From: the human T2T-CHM13v2.0 reference genome, Homo sapiens
Assembly (NCBI RefSeq): GCF_009914755.1
Contig: NC_060941.1
Reading direction: 5' to 3' (one strand)
DNA length: 64,000 bases
The notes beneath the pieces are model-generated. The model was not told the DNA's origin, made no database searches, and was given only the letters and a program-made list of their open reading frames with translations. The position numbers and the translations under genes are program-made. This document shows positions 18,301 to 35,055 of this stretch, one piece after another (positions within the stretch are counted from its first letter, which is position 1; each line of letters starts with the position of its first letter).

Positions 18301-19004
18301 GAAGGGCACAACTGGATCCTACCAGGGTTGATGGGAAACACAGCAGGTATTTGTGGCTGCTAACTGATAGCTGGTGTGGGTGGCCAGATGAGGCAGAAGG
18401 AAGACACAGCTGAGGAGGATGGGTTCTAATAAAGGCAAAAAACCCAGAATAACATTAGGTTGAGAAACCTAGTCTACTCTAGCAAACAGAGTGTTTAACA
18501 CTGGCAGTATAAATCAAATGTTCCTCTTTTCCCTTTGTCTGCACCTGAAAATCTTAAGAGGCCCATCTAAACTCTCAATATGAACAAGTATAGACTGGCC
18601 CTAGTAAGGATGAAAAAAAAATCACCTAACATATAAAAAAGTATTGCAGTTCAACAGGATACCAATCTAAGGAATTGGTAAACCTCTTTCTAGAAGAGTC
18701 AATGTGAAAACAGGCACAAACTTCGGAAACTTTCAAACTAATATTTAAAAATTTAATAGTAATGGCACAAGCAGAGATAAATAGACCTTTGGGGAAGAAG
18801 ATACAGTATAGAAATAGACCCAAACATATATAATCATCTGACTTATGACATGGCATCATTGCAGTTCAGTGGGGAAAACTGATCTTTCAATAAAATGAAC
18901 CACAGACCCAAGTGTGAATGGTAAAATAATATAGTTTCAAGATCAAAATACAGAAGAATATCTTCCTTCCAATATGTTGCACTTGGAATAGGCAAACATT
19001 TCTC

Positions 19005-19661
<657 letters not shown>

Positions 19662-19724
19662 AAGAAAAAATTATTTTAACTAAGATTTGTGTTCATAAAA
19701 AGATACCATTAATACTGAAAAGAT

Positions 19725-20191
<467 letters not shown>

Positions 20192-20380
20192 TCAGGAACA
20201 GGCACTCCCCAGAAGAGGGTATTCAAATGGCCAATAGCAGAAGAAAAGGCACTCAATATCATTACTCATCAGGGAAATGCAAATTAAAATCACAATGAGA
20301 ACAACAACAAAAAAAGAAAGCAAAACAAAACAAAAATCACAATGAAATACTTCTAGACAGTCACCAGTATGGCTTTTAAA

Positions 20381-20530
20381 TTTTTTTTTTTTTTTGAGAC
20401 AGGGTCTCTCTCTGTCGCCCAGTGTGTAGTGCAGTAGCGTGAACATGGCTCACTGCAGCCTTGACCTCCTGGGCTCAAGTGATCCTTTCACCTCAGCCTC
20501 CCAAGTAGCTGGGACCACAGATATACGTGG
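20381..20530 (-). mobile_element. Alu right-arm fragment
   Basis: Poly-T plus right arm only. Confidence 0.85.
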
Positions 20531-21243
20531 TCCTAGCAAGGATGCCTGCTCTCACCATTTCCTTTCAACTCACTAGTGGAGATCTCAGACACTGTATTAA
20601 GGCAAGAAAAAAAACGCTGAAAGCATAAAAATGGAAAAGAACTGCCTCTGTTTGCAGATGACATGATTGTTTAACACAAAAAATCCCAAATAATGCGCAA
20701 ATAACTACTAGATTAAATTCTAATAAAAATGTCTTTAGGATTGAAGGATACATCAATATACAAAAGTCAATTGTATTTTCATATTCTAGCAGCAAAAGAC
20801 TGGTAAATACAATTTAGAAACAATTCCATTTATAATGGCATAAAAAATAAAATGTATTTAGGAATAAACTTAACAGACAATGTATAAGACCTGTACAGTG
20901 AAAAGTATAAAAGACCTAGGTAAAAGGCTAGCTATACTATGTTCATAAACTAGAAAAATGTTGTTAAGATGTCAATTTTCTCAAAACTGATACGTAAATT
21001 AAACTTACTCCCATAAGGATTCTAGCGTTTGTCGTAAGAATTTTTAAATAAAACGAACAAAAAGAACAGAAAGCATGACACCCCTGCTTATATGCTCATC
21101 TGATATTTGAAAAAAAGTACCAAAGCAATCCAGCAGAGGCAAGAAATGCCTTTTCAATAAATAGTGCTGATATAACTTGATATCCATATGGGGGGAAAAA
21201 AGTTTTAGTTCTTATATTACACCATATACAAAATTAATTTGAA

Positions 21244-21830
<587 letters not shown>

Positions 21831-21882
21831 TTTATTTCCAATGTCTCATAGACCTAAATATAAAAGCTAAATCTAGATAGCT

Positions 21883-23402
<1,520 letters not shown>

Positions 23403-23727
23403 TAGAGGAGAACCGAGTAGAAGATCCTCATCACTTGGGATTTTTAGCCCTCATAAAGTAATAACCATAAAAGAAAAGCAGGATAAATTGATTTCATGAA
23501 AATTAAAACCTTTTGCTTATCAAAAGATATTAAGAAAATGAATAGGTAAGACACAGGCTTTGTGAAAATATTCACAAAACATGTATCTGACAAATTACTT
23601 ACATCCAGAATACATAAGGAACTCAACAAGAAAATAACTCAAGAAAATGGGAGGAAGATGTGAAAAGATCCTTCATAAGGAAGATAGGCAAAAAAGTCAG
23701 TAAGCATATGAAAAAGTATACAACTTC

Positions 23728-24016
23728 AGCTGGGCATGGGGGCTCACGCCTAGCACTTTGGACGAGTGAGGCAGGAGGACTGCTTGAGCCCAGAAGCTGG
23801 AGACCAGCATAGACAACATAGCAATACCTTGTCTCTACAAAAAATTGTAATAAAATGAGCCCAATGTGGTGGCACACACCTGTAGTCTCAGCTACTTGAG
23901 AGGCTGAGGCAGGAGGATTGCCCGAACCCAGGAGGTCAAGTCTGCAGTGAGCTGTGATTGTGCCACTGCTCTTTGGCTTGGGTGATAGAGCAAGACCCTG
24001 TCTGAAAAAACAAAAA
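23728..24016 (+). mobile_element. AluJ
   Basis: Sense Alu, TSD ATACAACTTCA. Confidence 0.88.
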
Positions 24017-24172
24017 GCATACAACTTCATTAGTCATCAGGGAGATACAAATTAAAGCCAAAAATGATATATCACCAGTCACCACACACCTACCAGAAAG
24101 AGGATGTGAAGCAATGGGAAGTGTCATAATTGTTGGAGTCTAACAAAATCATCTTTGGAAAAAGCTGTAGGG

Positions 24173-24376
24173 CAGGGGTATCCTGGGCCACGATGGAAGA
24201 AATGCCTTGGGCCACGCGTAAAATATAATAGCACCAACTATAGATGATGAGCTTAAAAAAAAGCGGGGGGCAAAAAAGCTCATAATGTTTTAAGAAAGTT
24301 TACGAATTTGTGTTGGGCTGCATTCAAAGCATCCTGGGCTGCGTGCAGCCTGTGGGCCACGGGTTGGACAAGCTTG
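24173..24376 (+). mobile_element. MER30 (hAT-Charlie) inside an L1M
   Basis: CAGGGGT...CTCATAATGTTTTAAGAAAGTTTACGAATTTGTGTTGGG...GGGTTGGACAAGCTTG. Confidence 0.88.
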
Positions 24377-24822
24377 GTCCAGGGGATCTCTAATAAAAAA
24401 TGCACATCTAATCTCTGACTCAGCAATTCTAATCCTAGGCATTTACTCAAGTGAAAACACATGTCCAAAAACAGATTTGTGTACAACTATTCACAGCAAC
24501 TTTATTCATAACAGCTAAAAACTAGAAACAGATTCACTGTCAACCAGATAAACTGTGACATATTCATAAAATGGAATACTACTCAGCAATAAAAAGGAGT
24601 GAGCTACTAATATATACTAATATATGTAACAACACAGAGGAATCTCAAAAAGATTAAGCTAAATGAAAAAAGCCTTTCTCAAGAGCATGTACTTATTGTG
24701 TGATTCCATTTATATGGGGTTCTAAAATAGGCAAATCTAATCTTGGTGGAAAAAATCAGAACAGAGCTTGCCTCTGGGGACAGAGGTGGAGATAAGGGAT
24801 TATAATATAATTATATGATTAT

Positions 24823-24865
24823 TTATATATACACACACACACATATATGTATATATGTACATGTC

Positions 24866-24914
<49 letters not shown>

Positions 24915-24925
24915 AGAGAGAGAGT
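24823..24925. repeat. Compound (TA)/(CA)/(TG)n/(AG)n microsatellite
   Basis: Direct reading; long (TG)n at about 24870-24910. Confidence 0.95.
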
Positions 24926-25378
24926 ATCACCCAGGCTGGAGTACAGTAGCATGATTTTGGGCTCACTACAGCCTTGACCTCCTGGGCTACTAAAGCAGCT
25001 CTCCCGAGTAGCTGGGTCAACAGGTGCTAGCCACTACATTTGGCTAATTTTTGTATTTTTTGTGGAGATGGGGTTTCGCCATGTTGCCCAGGCTGGTCTT
25101 TTCTTTTCTTTTCTTTTGAGATAGTCTCACTCTGTCGCCCAGGCTGGAGTGCATGGCGCAATCTCAGCTCATTGCAACCTCTGCCCTCCTGGGTTCAAGC
25201 AATTCTCATGCTTCAGCTTCCTGAATAGCTGGGATTATAGGTGCCCGTCACCACATCCAGCTCATTTTTGTATTTTTAGTAGAGACGGGGTTTCACCATG
25301 TTGGCCAGGATGGTCTCGAACTCCTGGCTGCAAGCAATCTGCCCGCCTTGGCCTCCCAAAGTGCTAGGATTATAGGCA
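24926..25378 (-). mobile_element. Partial AluJ followed by AluS (about 25099-25378)
   Basis: Antisense Alus. Confidence 0.85.
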
Positions 25379-28300
25379 TTAAAAAAATTATTTAAAAGAA
25401 GAAAAAATGGATGGATGGGTGGATAGATGGGGGAAGAGAGGGAGAGAGAGAAATAAACAGATAACATGATAAGACAAATACAGTAAAATGAGAATCACAG
25501 CATGTAGGTACTGGGTATAAGTGAGCTCACTGGAGAATGTTCAACTTTGCTGTATAATAAAATGTTGGAAAATCAATCACATCACTAAAAAAATAAAAAG
25601 ACAATATCTGGAAGCAGTGGACCTAGTCAGATTAAAAAAAGAAAATCTGCATCAATCCCTGTTGCCGTCACTAAACAGCTGTCTCATTAGCTATTAAGGA
25701 AAACACAGTGTCAGAGGGCTGGTTTTGCCATGTAAAAGAAGTCTTCAGCTTGCTGTGTCCTAACACTGGATCGCATATAAATCCCCAAATTCTAAAGGCT
25801 AGAAAGGTTTAAAATGTAGATGCAGCTTCAATATCCAGGAGGCAGAACTAAGAACAAGAGATGTAAATCTAGCTCTGGCAGTGGGAAGCGGGGCGGGGGG
25901 CAATGGCGAAGCTAAGTTAGAAGCCGCGAGCCACTTAGCCTCTCCAGCTCCAGTAGTTCTGTGTCTGGACGTCGGCCCCATATACTGGCTTAAAACCTCA
26001 AGATACTAGAGGATCTCACCAGTGGGAGGTGCCAGAGCAGCTGAAACATGTCCCTGTAAACAATAAATGTTTATCTGGGCAGATAACCTGGCAGACAGCC
26101 TTATTCTCATCTTAGGCAACTCGAAACTCCACAACAGGAGACTGAGCACAGAGGGGCCCCTTCCTCTTTGCCACATGGGTAGGAAGCAGAGATGGAGGTG
26201 GTCCTGGCTCCTACCACATGAGGGGTGGCAGAAAGCCACTCTCTGTAAATGCCAGCTTCTTCCCTGCTGGATGATGGCCAGATTCCCTTAAACACAGAGG
26301 GTGGGGACAGAGAAGTCAAGTGAAGCAACGCTAGACAATGCTGCCGCATAACGCTGGCTGCTCCACCGCAGCCCTGAAGGTATGAGGAACCCTGGCGTGT
26401 TGGCGGCTGCCTCAGGAACCGCGCTGGCTAAGGGCTTCCCCAGGCCTGGGTGGGAGGCTTGTCACTGACTCTGGCCACACACATAGGCTTGGTCGCCACC
26501 TCGGTCAGTGGCAAACAGCTGCTGAGAGGGGAGGGGAGGAGTAGACCCAGGGGTGCTGTGTGCTGCACAGCCAAATCTTCCACTTCTGGAGACTCCAAAC
26601 GATATTCCTAAGAGCCATATGGCTTAAACCCCATGGAGGTACCAGGAAAAAGGCAGTACGACGGAAAGAGGCAGCTGGAAGGAAGGAATGGAAGTGTGTT
26701 AACGGCACAGAAACTCCTTTCATTGACAATTAACTGCAAACAATTTTATTACCAGTTCTGAAACCCCAATCCCTAACTGATGAATTAAATCTTGGCAATG
26801 GTTATTCCTCCCACCTATACACTTCTGCCCACACTCTTCTTGGAAGGAGAGAGGACAGGGAAGTGAAACCCACAGTATGCCAAAAGGGAAGTCGAGCTCT
26901 CATTCATAAGACTACTAAGCTCTCTCCCAGGGAAGAGAATGGAGATGGCACAACAAAGGCTCTTTGCTCTGAAATAGCACCGAAGTGAAGCCCGGCAGAG
27001 CCAGGGTGTGGATCTTGGATGGAGTGCAGAGGAGGAGTGTGTTTGTGTATATGTTTGTGCTCATCTGGTTTTTGTTGGGGGAAGGTGACAATTCATTCTT
27101 TTGATTTCATTCAAACTTAGAGCTGCTTTTATAATCACTTCCTGAAAACAGAGCAGGAAGAGAGTGCTATCTGCTCACCCCACCCTCCATTTAACACTGC
27201 CCCAGCAATCCAACTATGTGCTTTACACTGAGAGGCCAGCTTCTTGCCTTTGGCAGCACTGAAGGCCAGACATTACCAGCACTCCTGTGTACAGCTCAAG
27301 GCTCCACCCAAATCAGACTGCACACACTGAATCCAAGAGGAATATCATTCCAGAACAACAACCCAGGAGAGAGAGAGGAGAGCTGAGCAGGCTGGGTGGG
27401 ACAGTTGGGGCACTTCTAACTTCTGACACCAGGACACCCAAGTGGTTGGCAGAGGCATTTTGGTAGTGCGGTGACAGATCAACTGTAGTGTGGGAAATCC
27501 CAAATGCTACAGTAAAGAAGTTATCTCTGTACAAAGAAAGGGGTGACAATAAGGGTGGGGTACAGGCCACAGGGCAGTAAGGTAGAGAAATCAGTTTTAG
27601 CGAACTGGCTAACTACTGGGTTAGTCCAATTCTGAATACACAAGTAATATTCTAGCCTCTTTTCAGGAGAGACTGATGTAGAGTAGTCATGGGCAGGCCA
27701 GGGAACAAAGTTCCATTTCTGGCCTAAAGTGGATTGGAGGGTTCCTCCGCAGAGAGTCGTAACAGAGTGTTTATATAAAACCCCACAAACCCACTGCTCC
27801 TGGCTGTCCAAGGCCAAAGGCATCTTCTTCCTGGAGAGCTGTGTCTCTTACCCTCTAGGCTCTAAGACTCCCTATTTTACTTAGTCAGGTTTCCTGTTTA
27901 CTCTGAGACCTGTGATCTCCCCGGGGAGTCATTAGAGAGAAGCTGGGGAAGGGGCAGCAGGGAGACGGAACAGTACTAAGGACACAGGTCTTCCGCATCC
28001 TACCATTACTTCTTACATGGCAGAAAAACGAATGGACACTGAAAGGGGGTTTCCTGGTTTAATTAATTATTTACGGCGTTTATTCTTTATTTTTTGTTTC
28101 TAACGTGCAGGCATCTCTTAGACTGCTGACCCTCAAGGAAAATGCAATTGGGAGCACAACCATGATTGGCACCGAAAGGCATTTTTTGTTGCTGTTCCCA
28201 TGAGAACCCCATCAGAATGATGAACAAGGTACATACGCTGCTATAAAATAATCAGCATCTCCATTTGGAGAAGGAATTTCTTTTAAAAACACCTCATTTG

Positions 28301-28933
28301 GGGCACTATGGTCTCTTCTTCTATGGAAATAGGAAGAGGCAGAAGGAGTTCCATTCCTGCCAGAGCAGAGTCTACTTTTTGCTAATTTTTTGGAAAACAA
28401 GAGGTTCTCTTTGGCTCTGGAGAAAAACAGACATTTCCAAAGGGAAAATAGAGAAGGAGACAGGGTCTGATGTGGCAAGACTTGTAGCCCTCTCATATCT
28501 CCGAGACAGAGATAACCTGGAGGGACCGAAACCCCCTATTTATTCACCCTTCTAACCATGCATTCCATACAATCCAGACATCCTGAGACCAATGATGATT
28601 CAGATACTACAAGGCCTCTGAAGACGTCACTACGATCCTACGATTTAGGAAGAAAAGAAAATCTGAGGATAATTCTCTTGGGCTTGCTGGCCAATAGGAT
28701 GATGATTAGCTACAATATGGCCAAACAAATTTAAATTTCCTAAAATTGAATATAATTAAAAACGGAGTTCCAATAAATGGAAAAACATTCTATGTTCATG
28801 AATTGGAAGACTTAATATTGTTAAGCTGACTACAGTAACCAAAGCAATCTACAGATTCAATGCAGTTCCTATCAAAATCCCAATGGCATTTTCCACAGAT
28901 CCATAAAAACATCTTAAAATTCATATGGAATCT

Positions 28934-29293
<360 letters not shown>

Positions 29294-29707
29294 TTAAAGG
29301 GCTCATGCTTCTGGATTTCAAAACTTACTGCAAAACTATACTAATCAAAACGGTGTGGTACTGGCATAGAATAGAACAGAAAACCTAGAAGTAAACTCTC
29401 ACAAATACAGGGTCAACTGACTTTTGACAAGGGTGTCAAGACCAATTCCAATCTTATGGAAGGAATAGTCTTTTCAATAAAAAGAGCTTAAAAAAACCTG
29501 GATATTCACATGCAAAAGAATGAAGCTGAACCCTTACCTAAGACCATATACAAAAACAAATTCAAAATGGATCAAAGACCTAAAAAGAGCTAAAACTAGA
29601 AAACTCTTAGAAGAAAGCATAAGGGAAAATCTTTATGACACTGGATTTGGCAATGATTTCTTGGATATGACATCAAAAGCATAGGAAACAAAAGAAAAAA
29701 ATAAGCA

Positions 29708-29997
29708 GACCAGACACAGTGCCTCATATTTGTAATCCCAGCACTTTGGGAGGCTGAGGCAGGCAGATCACTTGAGGTCAGGAGTTGAGACCAGACTGGC
29801 CAACATGGTGAAACCCCATCTCTACTAAAAATACAAAAACTAGCCAGGTGGGCCCCTGTAATCTCAGCTATTTGAAAGGCGGGGCACAAGAATCACTTGA
29901 ACCCGGGAGGTGGAGGTTGCAGTGAGCCAAGATCAAGCCACTGCACTCTGGCCTGGGCAACAGAGTGAGGCTCAGTTTCAAAAAAAAAAAAAAAAAA
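29708..29997 (+). mobile_element. AluS inside L1MB
   Basis: Sense Alu. Confidence 0.9.
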
Positions 29998-30039
29998 GCA
30001 AACTGGACTTTATCAAAATTAAACACTTTTGTGCATCAA

Positions 30040-30425
30040 AGGTGGAAACTCACACCAGTAATCTCAGCACTTTGGGAGGCTATGGTGGGACGATCACTCG
30101 AGGCTGAGGAGTTCAAGAGAAGCTTTGACAACATGGGGAGACCCTATTTCTACACACACACGCACACACATGCACACAGACACAAACATACATGCACACA
30201 TGCGCACACATGCACACACACACATATACGCGTGAACACACGCGTGCATATAATTAGCTGGGTGTGGTGGTACGTGCTTGTGGTCCCAGCTACTTAGGAA
30301 GCTGAGGTGGGAGGATCCCTTGGGCTTGGGAGTTCGAGGCTGCAGTGAGCCGTAATGGTGACACTGCACTCCAGCCTGGGCAACACAGAGAGACCTTGTC
30401 TCAAAAAAAAAAAAAAAAAAAAAAA
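30040..30425 (+). mobile_element. AluJ whose linker has expanded into an imperfect (CA)n tract (about 30152-30250)
   Basis: Sense Alu arms flank a CA-rich run. Confidence 0.88.
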
Positions 30426-30656
30426 GACAAATATTGCATGATTCTACTTATATGAGATACTTACAATAGGGAAATGCATAGAGCTAGAAAGTAGAAGTTG
30501 CCAGGGGAAGGGGGAATGAGGAGTTACTGTGTAATGGTTACGGCGTTTGGAATGATGAAGAGTTCTGGAAATGGATAGTAGTGATGGTCGCACAACACTG
30601 TGAATGTACTTAATGCCACTGAGTTGTACACTTAAGAAATGGTTGAAATGGTAAAT

Positions 30657-31539
30657 CCTTTTCCCCCCCTCTTTAAATAGACACTTTATTAGATCCACAG
30701 GTGATAAAATCCCAGAGCTACTGTTAGGCACGTAAATATAGACCCTGCTAAATATTTAATATTATCAAGCTTGTATGACTCAAGCATGGTTTTGGGGCCA
30801 GCATCCTCAGTTTCTATCTTCCTATCTCTCTGGGTGACGGCCCAATCTTGCTGGGCATGCAATGTCACTATTTCTGTTCTCAATTCCAGCAGCTTCCTTT
30901 CATTCAACGAATACAATTCTTTTACTCTGCTCTTTTCTAGGTTGAAGTCTAATTTAGTATCTGTTCGGACTTTAATCACTTCATCCATTACTTGTTTTAA
31001 CTGATGTAGTTTGAGTTTTATTTTCTCACGTTCTGCTCTGAGGGCTGAAAATTCACTCTTCTCCAAAGTAATCATATCGTTTTTCACATTCACAGTCTGA
31101 GACATTATTTGCTGAAGAGCGATCTCCTGCTTCATCTTGGTGGCCATATCTTTGTAGACGATGTCCACGTTGGCCTCCAGTACCTGGACCAATGCAGACA
31201 CAATGATTTCTGCTTGCTGAGTAGCAAACCCATGGTCTTCCAGAAAGCACACTAAGGAACGAGTGTCAAAGGAGAGCTTCCTACTCCCAGAAGAGCTGAA
31301 ATCTCTCCTGTGCTCCAGCTGCAGGTATCCAGCAGACTCCTGCAGGAAGTGAGTATAGGCACCATGCTGAAGCATGGGTGAAGGGCGCTGGCAGCAGCAG
31401 CGATGCCCAGGGCAAGGCCCCACAGGCACATCCACGCGCCGCTTTGTCCAGCCAGTGGGGCGGCATACCCAAGGCACGAGTGCTCCCAGTCCCCAGGCTG
31501 CCGGCACGGAGCAGCGGCGGTCAAGTGCAGGGAGGGCAC
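30657..31539 (-). pseudogene. MCUR1P1: Processed pseudogene (retrocopy) of MCUR1/CCDC90A, 5'-truncated, one frameshift near 31337
   Basis: ORF 30689..31507 translates to ...RRDFSSSGSRKLSFDTRSLVCFLEDHGFATQQAEIIVSAL...KLDNIKYLAGSIFTCLTVALGFYHLWI, which I recognise as the MCUR1 C-terminus. A second frame (31252..31575) gives VPSLHLTAAAPCRQPGDWEHSCLGYAAP, matching the upstream MCUR1 segment. Intronless, 12-bp TSD GAAATGGTAAAT at 30645-30656 and 31540-31551, decayed purine tail at 30657-30674. The parent call is firm; the P1 symbol is from memory. Confidence 0.95.
30685..30690 (-). promoter_or_regulatory. AATAAA polyadenylation signal overlapping the retrocopy stop codon
   Basis: Minus strand reads TGG ATC TAATAAA GTGTCTATTT followed by the tail remnant. 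Confidence 0.6.
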
Positions 31540-31589
31540 GAAATGGTAAATTTTATGTTGTGTATATTTTACCACAATTAAAAAAAATC

Positions 31590-31720
31590 ATTTCTTCAGG
31601 TAGACCAGCCGCATTTCATGTGTTCAACAGCTACATGCGGCCAGTAGTTACCATACTAGACGGTGTCAAGTAGAACACTTTCCCCACTGCAGAAAGTGGT
31701 ACTGGACAGGATGGCTCTAG
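31590..31720. mobile_element. MER3-like fragment
   Basis: CATTTCATGTGTTCAACAGCTACATGCGGCCAGTAGTTACCATACTAGAC...GCAGAAAGT...TGGACAG. Confidence 0.6.
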
Positions 31721-31861
31721 AGTTAGATTAAAAACCACCGGATTCTGATGTCAACGGTATTAACCTATACGCCAATCCAACTGCCTTATGCTGTATTCTG
31801 TATGCCACTATCCTGCCAATTTGTTATTCTAACAGCCTCTCCAAGCATTGTATACCCACTA

Positions 31862-32215
<354 letters not shown>

Positions 32216-32328
32216 TTATCTCCCATGAAACAACTATGAGTCAAGAATATGCTCATTTTGAAGTTTGGGAGAGTACACTGGACTATTTTAGGAAGAAAAT
32301 GATAGTTTTAAATTAGAATTTTATTACT

Positions 32329-32595
32329 GGGCTGGGTGGGGTGGCTCACACCTGTAATCCCAGCATTTTGGGAAGCCAAGGCAGGCGGATCGCTTGAGCC
32401 CAGGATGGCGAAACCCCATCTTTATTAAAAATACAAAAAAGTAGCCAGATATGGTGGCACATGCCCATAGTCTCAGTTACTCAGGAGGGTGAGGTGGGAG
32501 GGGCAAGCCCAGGGAGGTCGAGGCTGCAGTGAGCCATAATCGCACCACTGTACTCCAGCCTGGGCAATGGGAATAAGAACCTATTTTAAAAAAAT
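32329..32595 (+). mobile_element. AluJ
   Basis: Sense Alu. Confidence 0.88.
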
Positions 32596-32721
32596 TATTA
32601 ATGTGTAACCCCATATAAACAGGTTAAAAAGAAAAACTACACTATCATCAACAGATTAAGAAAAAATATTTAATAAAATTCAGCCCTTATTTGTGATTTA
32701 AAGAAAATACTCAGCAATCTA

Positions 32722-33158
<437 letters not shown>

Positions 33159-33240
33159 CTATTATTATGGTTACCATTATAGAACAAGACAGTTCAGTAA
33201 AGTTGATAGATGTAAGATGAAGATAAAGAAACAGCATTTA

Positions 33241-33562
<322 letters not shown>

Positions 33563-34045
33563 AACAGCATTTATATTCATACCATTAATAGTTAACTAGA
33601 AAATATGATACTTAAATTAGTAACAAAATCTGTGCGAGGGTTTTATGGGAAATATTACAAAACATCCTTGAAGGGCATAAAAGAAGACCTGAATAAATTA
33701 ACAGTATATCATGTTCATGGATGGGAAGACTAAATATTGTAAATATGGCAATTGCTCACTGGCTCAATGGAACAGAACAGAGGACTAGGAAACAGGGAAA
33801 CCTGCTTTACAAAATAAATTCCAAATGGAACAAAGACATAAATGTAAAACCAAAATGAAAACCAAATATTCAGAAGAAAAATTTAAAGTAAAACTAAAAC
33901 TTTTAGAAGAAAAATATGTTGGTATATATTCTTTATGACCTCAGGGTATGTAAGGTTTCCTTTTTTTTCATGTAAAATTGCAATTACTCTTGGTAATATT
34001 TTAACCTAACAATCAAGTGGTTTAAAAAAAAAAAAACATCAAATA

Positions 34046-34288
34046 GGCCAGGCGGGTGGATCACAAGGTCAGGAGTTTGACACCAGCCTGGCCAACATGG
34101 TGAAACCCGTCTCTACTAAAAATACAAAAATTAGCTGGGCGTGGTGGCAGGTGCCTGTAATCCCAGCTACTCAGGAGGCTGAGGCAGAGAATTGCTTGAA
34201 CCCAGGAGGAAGAGGTTGCAGTGAGCCGAGATCACGCCACTGCACTCCAGCCTGGATGACAAGAGCAAGACTCCGTCTTTAAAAAAAG
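34046..34288 (+). mobile_element. AluS with a 5' internal deletion
   Basis: GGCCAGGCGGGTGGATCAC start. Confidence 0.88.
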
Positions 34289-34576
34289 ATCAAATGACAA
34301 ACTCCTGCACAGAGATAAAAGTAACCCTTTTACCCCACCAAATTATAAGCTCTGGCTTATTATTAAAACAATTGATTTTTATATACAATAAAACTTTAAG
34401 CATATTTGCTATTAAATGAATGCCAGTGGTCTTGTTTTAATTAAAATTTTATTATGGAAAATCTCAAACATATATAAAAGGAGAGACTAGAGACTAGTGT
34501 AATAAATAAACCTGCTATCATCACCTAGCTTCAACATTTAGCAATATATGGCCAATATTGCACACTCAGAAATGAT

Positions 34577-34876
34577 TTTTTTTTTTTTTGAGACGGAGTC
34601 TTGCTCTGTCACCCAGGCTAGAGTGCAGTGGTGCAATCTAGGCTCACTGCAACCTCCGCCTCCCGGGTTCAAGCGATTCTCCTGCCTCAGCCTCCTGAGT
34701 AGCTAGGACTACAGGTGCCTGGCCACCATGCCCAGCTAACTTTTTTTGTATTTTTAGTAGAGACTGGGTTTCACTATATAGGCCAGGGTGGTCTTGAACT
34801 CCTAACCTTGTGATCTGCTCACCTCGGTCTCCCAAAATGCTGGGGGATTCCAGGCATGAGCCCCCATGCCCAGCCA
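34577..34876 (-). mobile_element. AluS
   Basis: Antisense Alu, TSD AGAAA.GATTT. Confidence 0.9.
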
Positions 34877-35055
34877 GAAAGGATTTCTTAAATAAGACAT
34901 AAACTGGAAAGGAAATGGCTGATTTGTCACACAAATTTTTATGCAAAGAAAATGCTGTAAATTAATTTAAAATTAAACTATAAACTGGGTGATCCACAAT
35001 GCACATAGCTGACAAAGATTCATATTCAGACTTGCAAATCAATAAAAACCAACCA

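Noticed and set aside
26485-26515. CTCF-like AGGTGGCG motif
   Set aside because: The 5' CC of the core is missing
33970-34010. MADE1-like fragment
   Set aside because: Match too partial, no terminal inverted repeat pair
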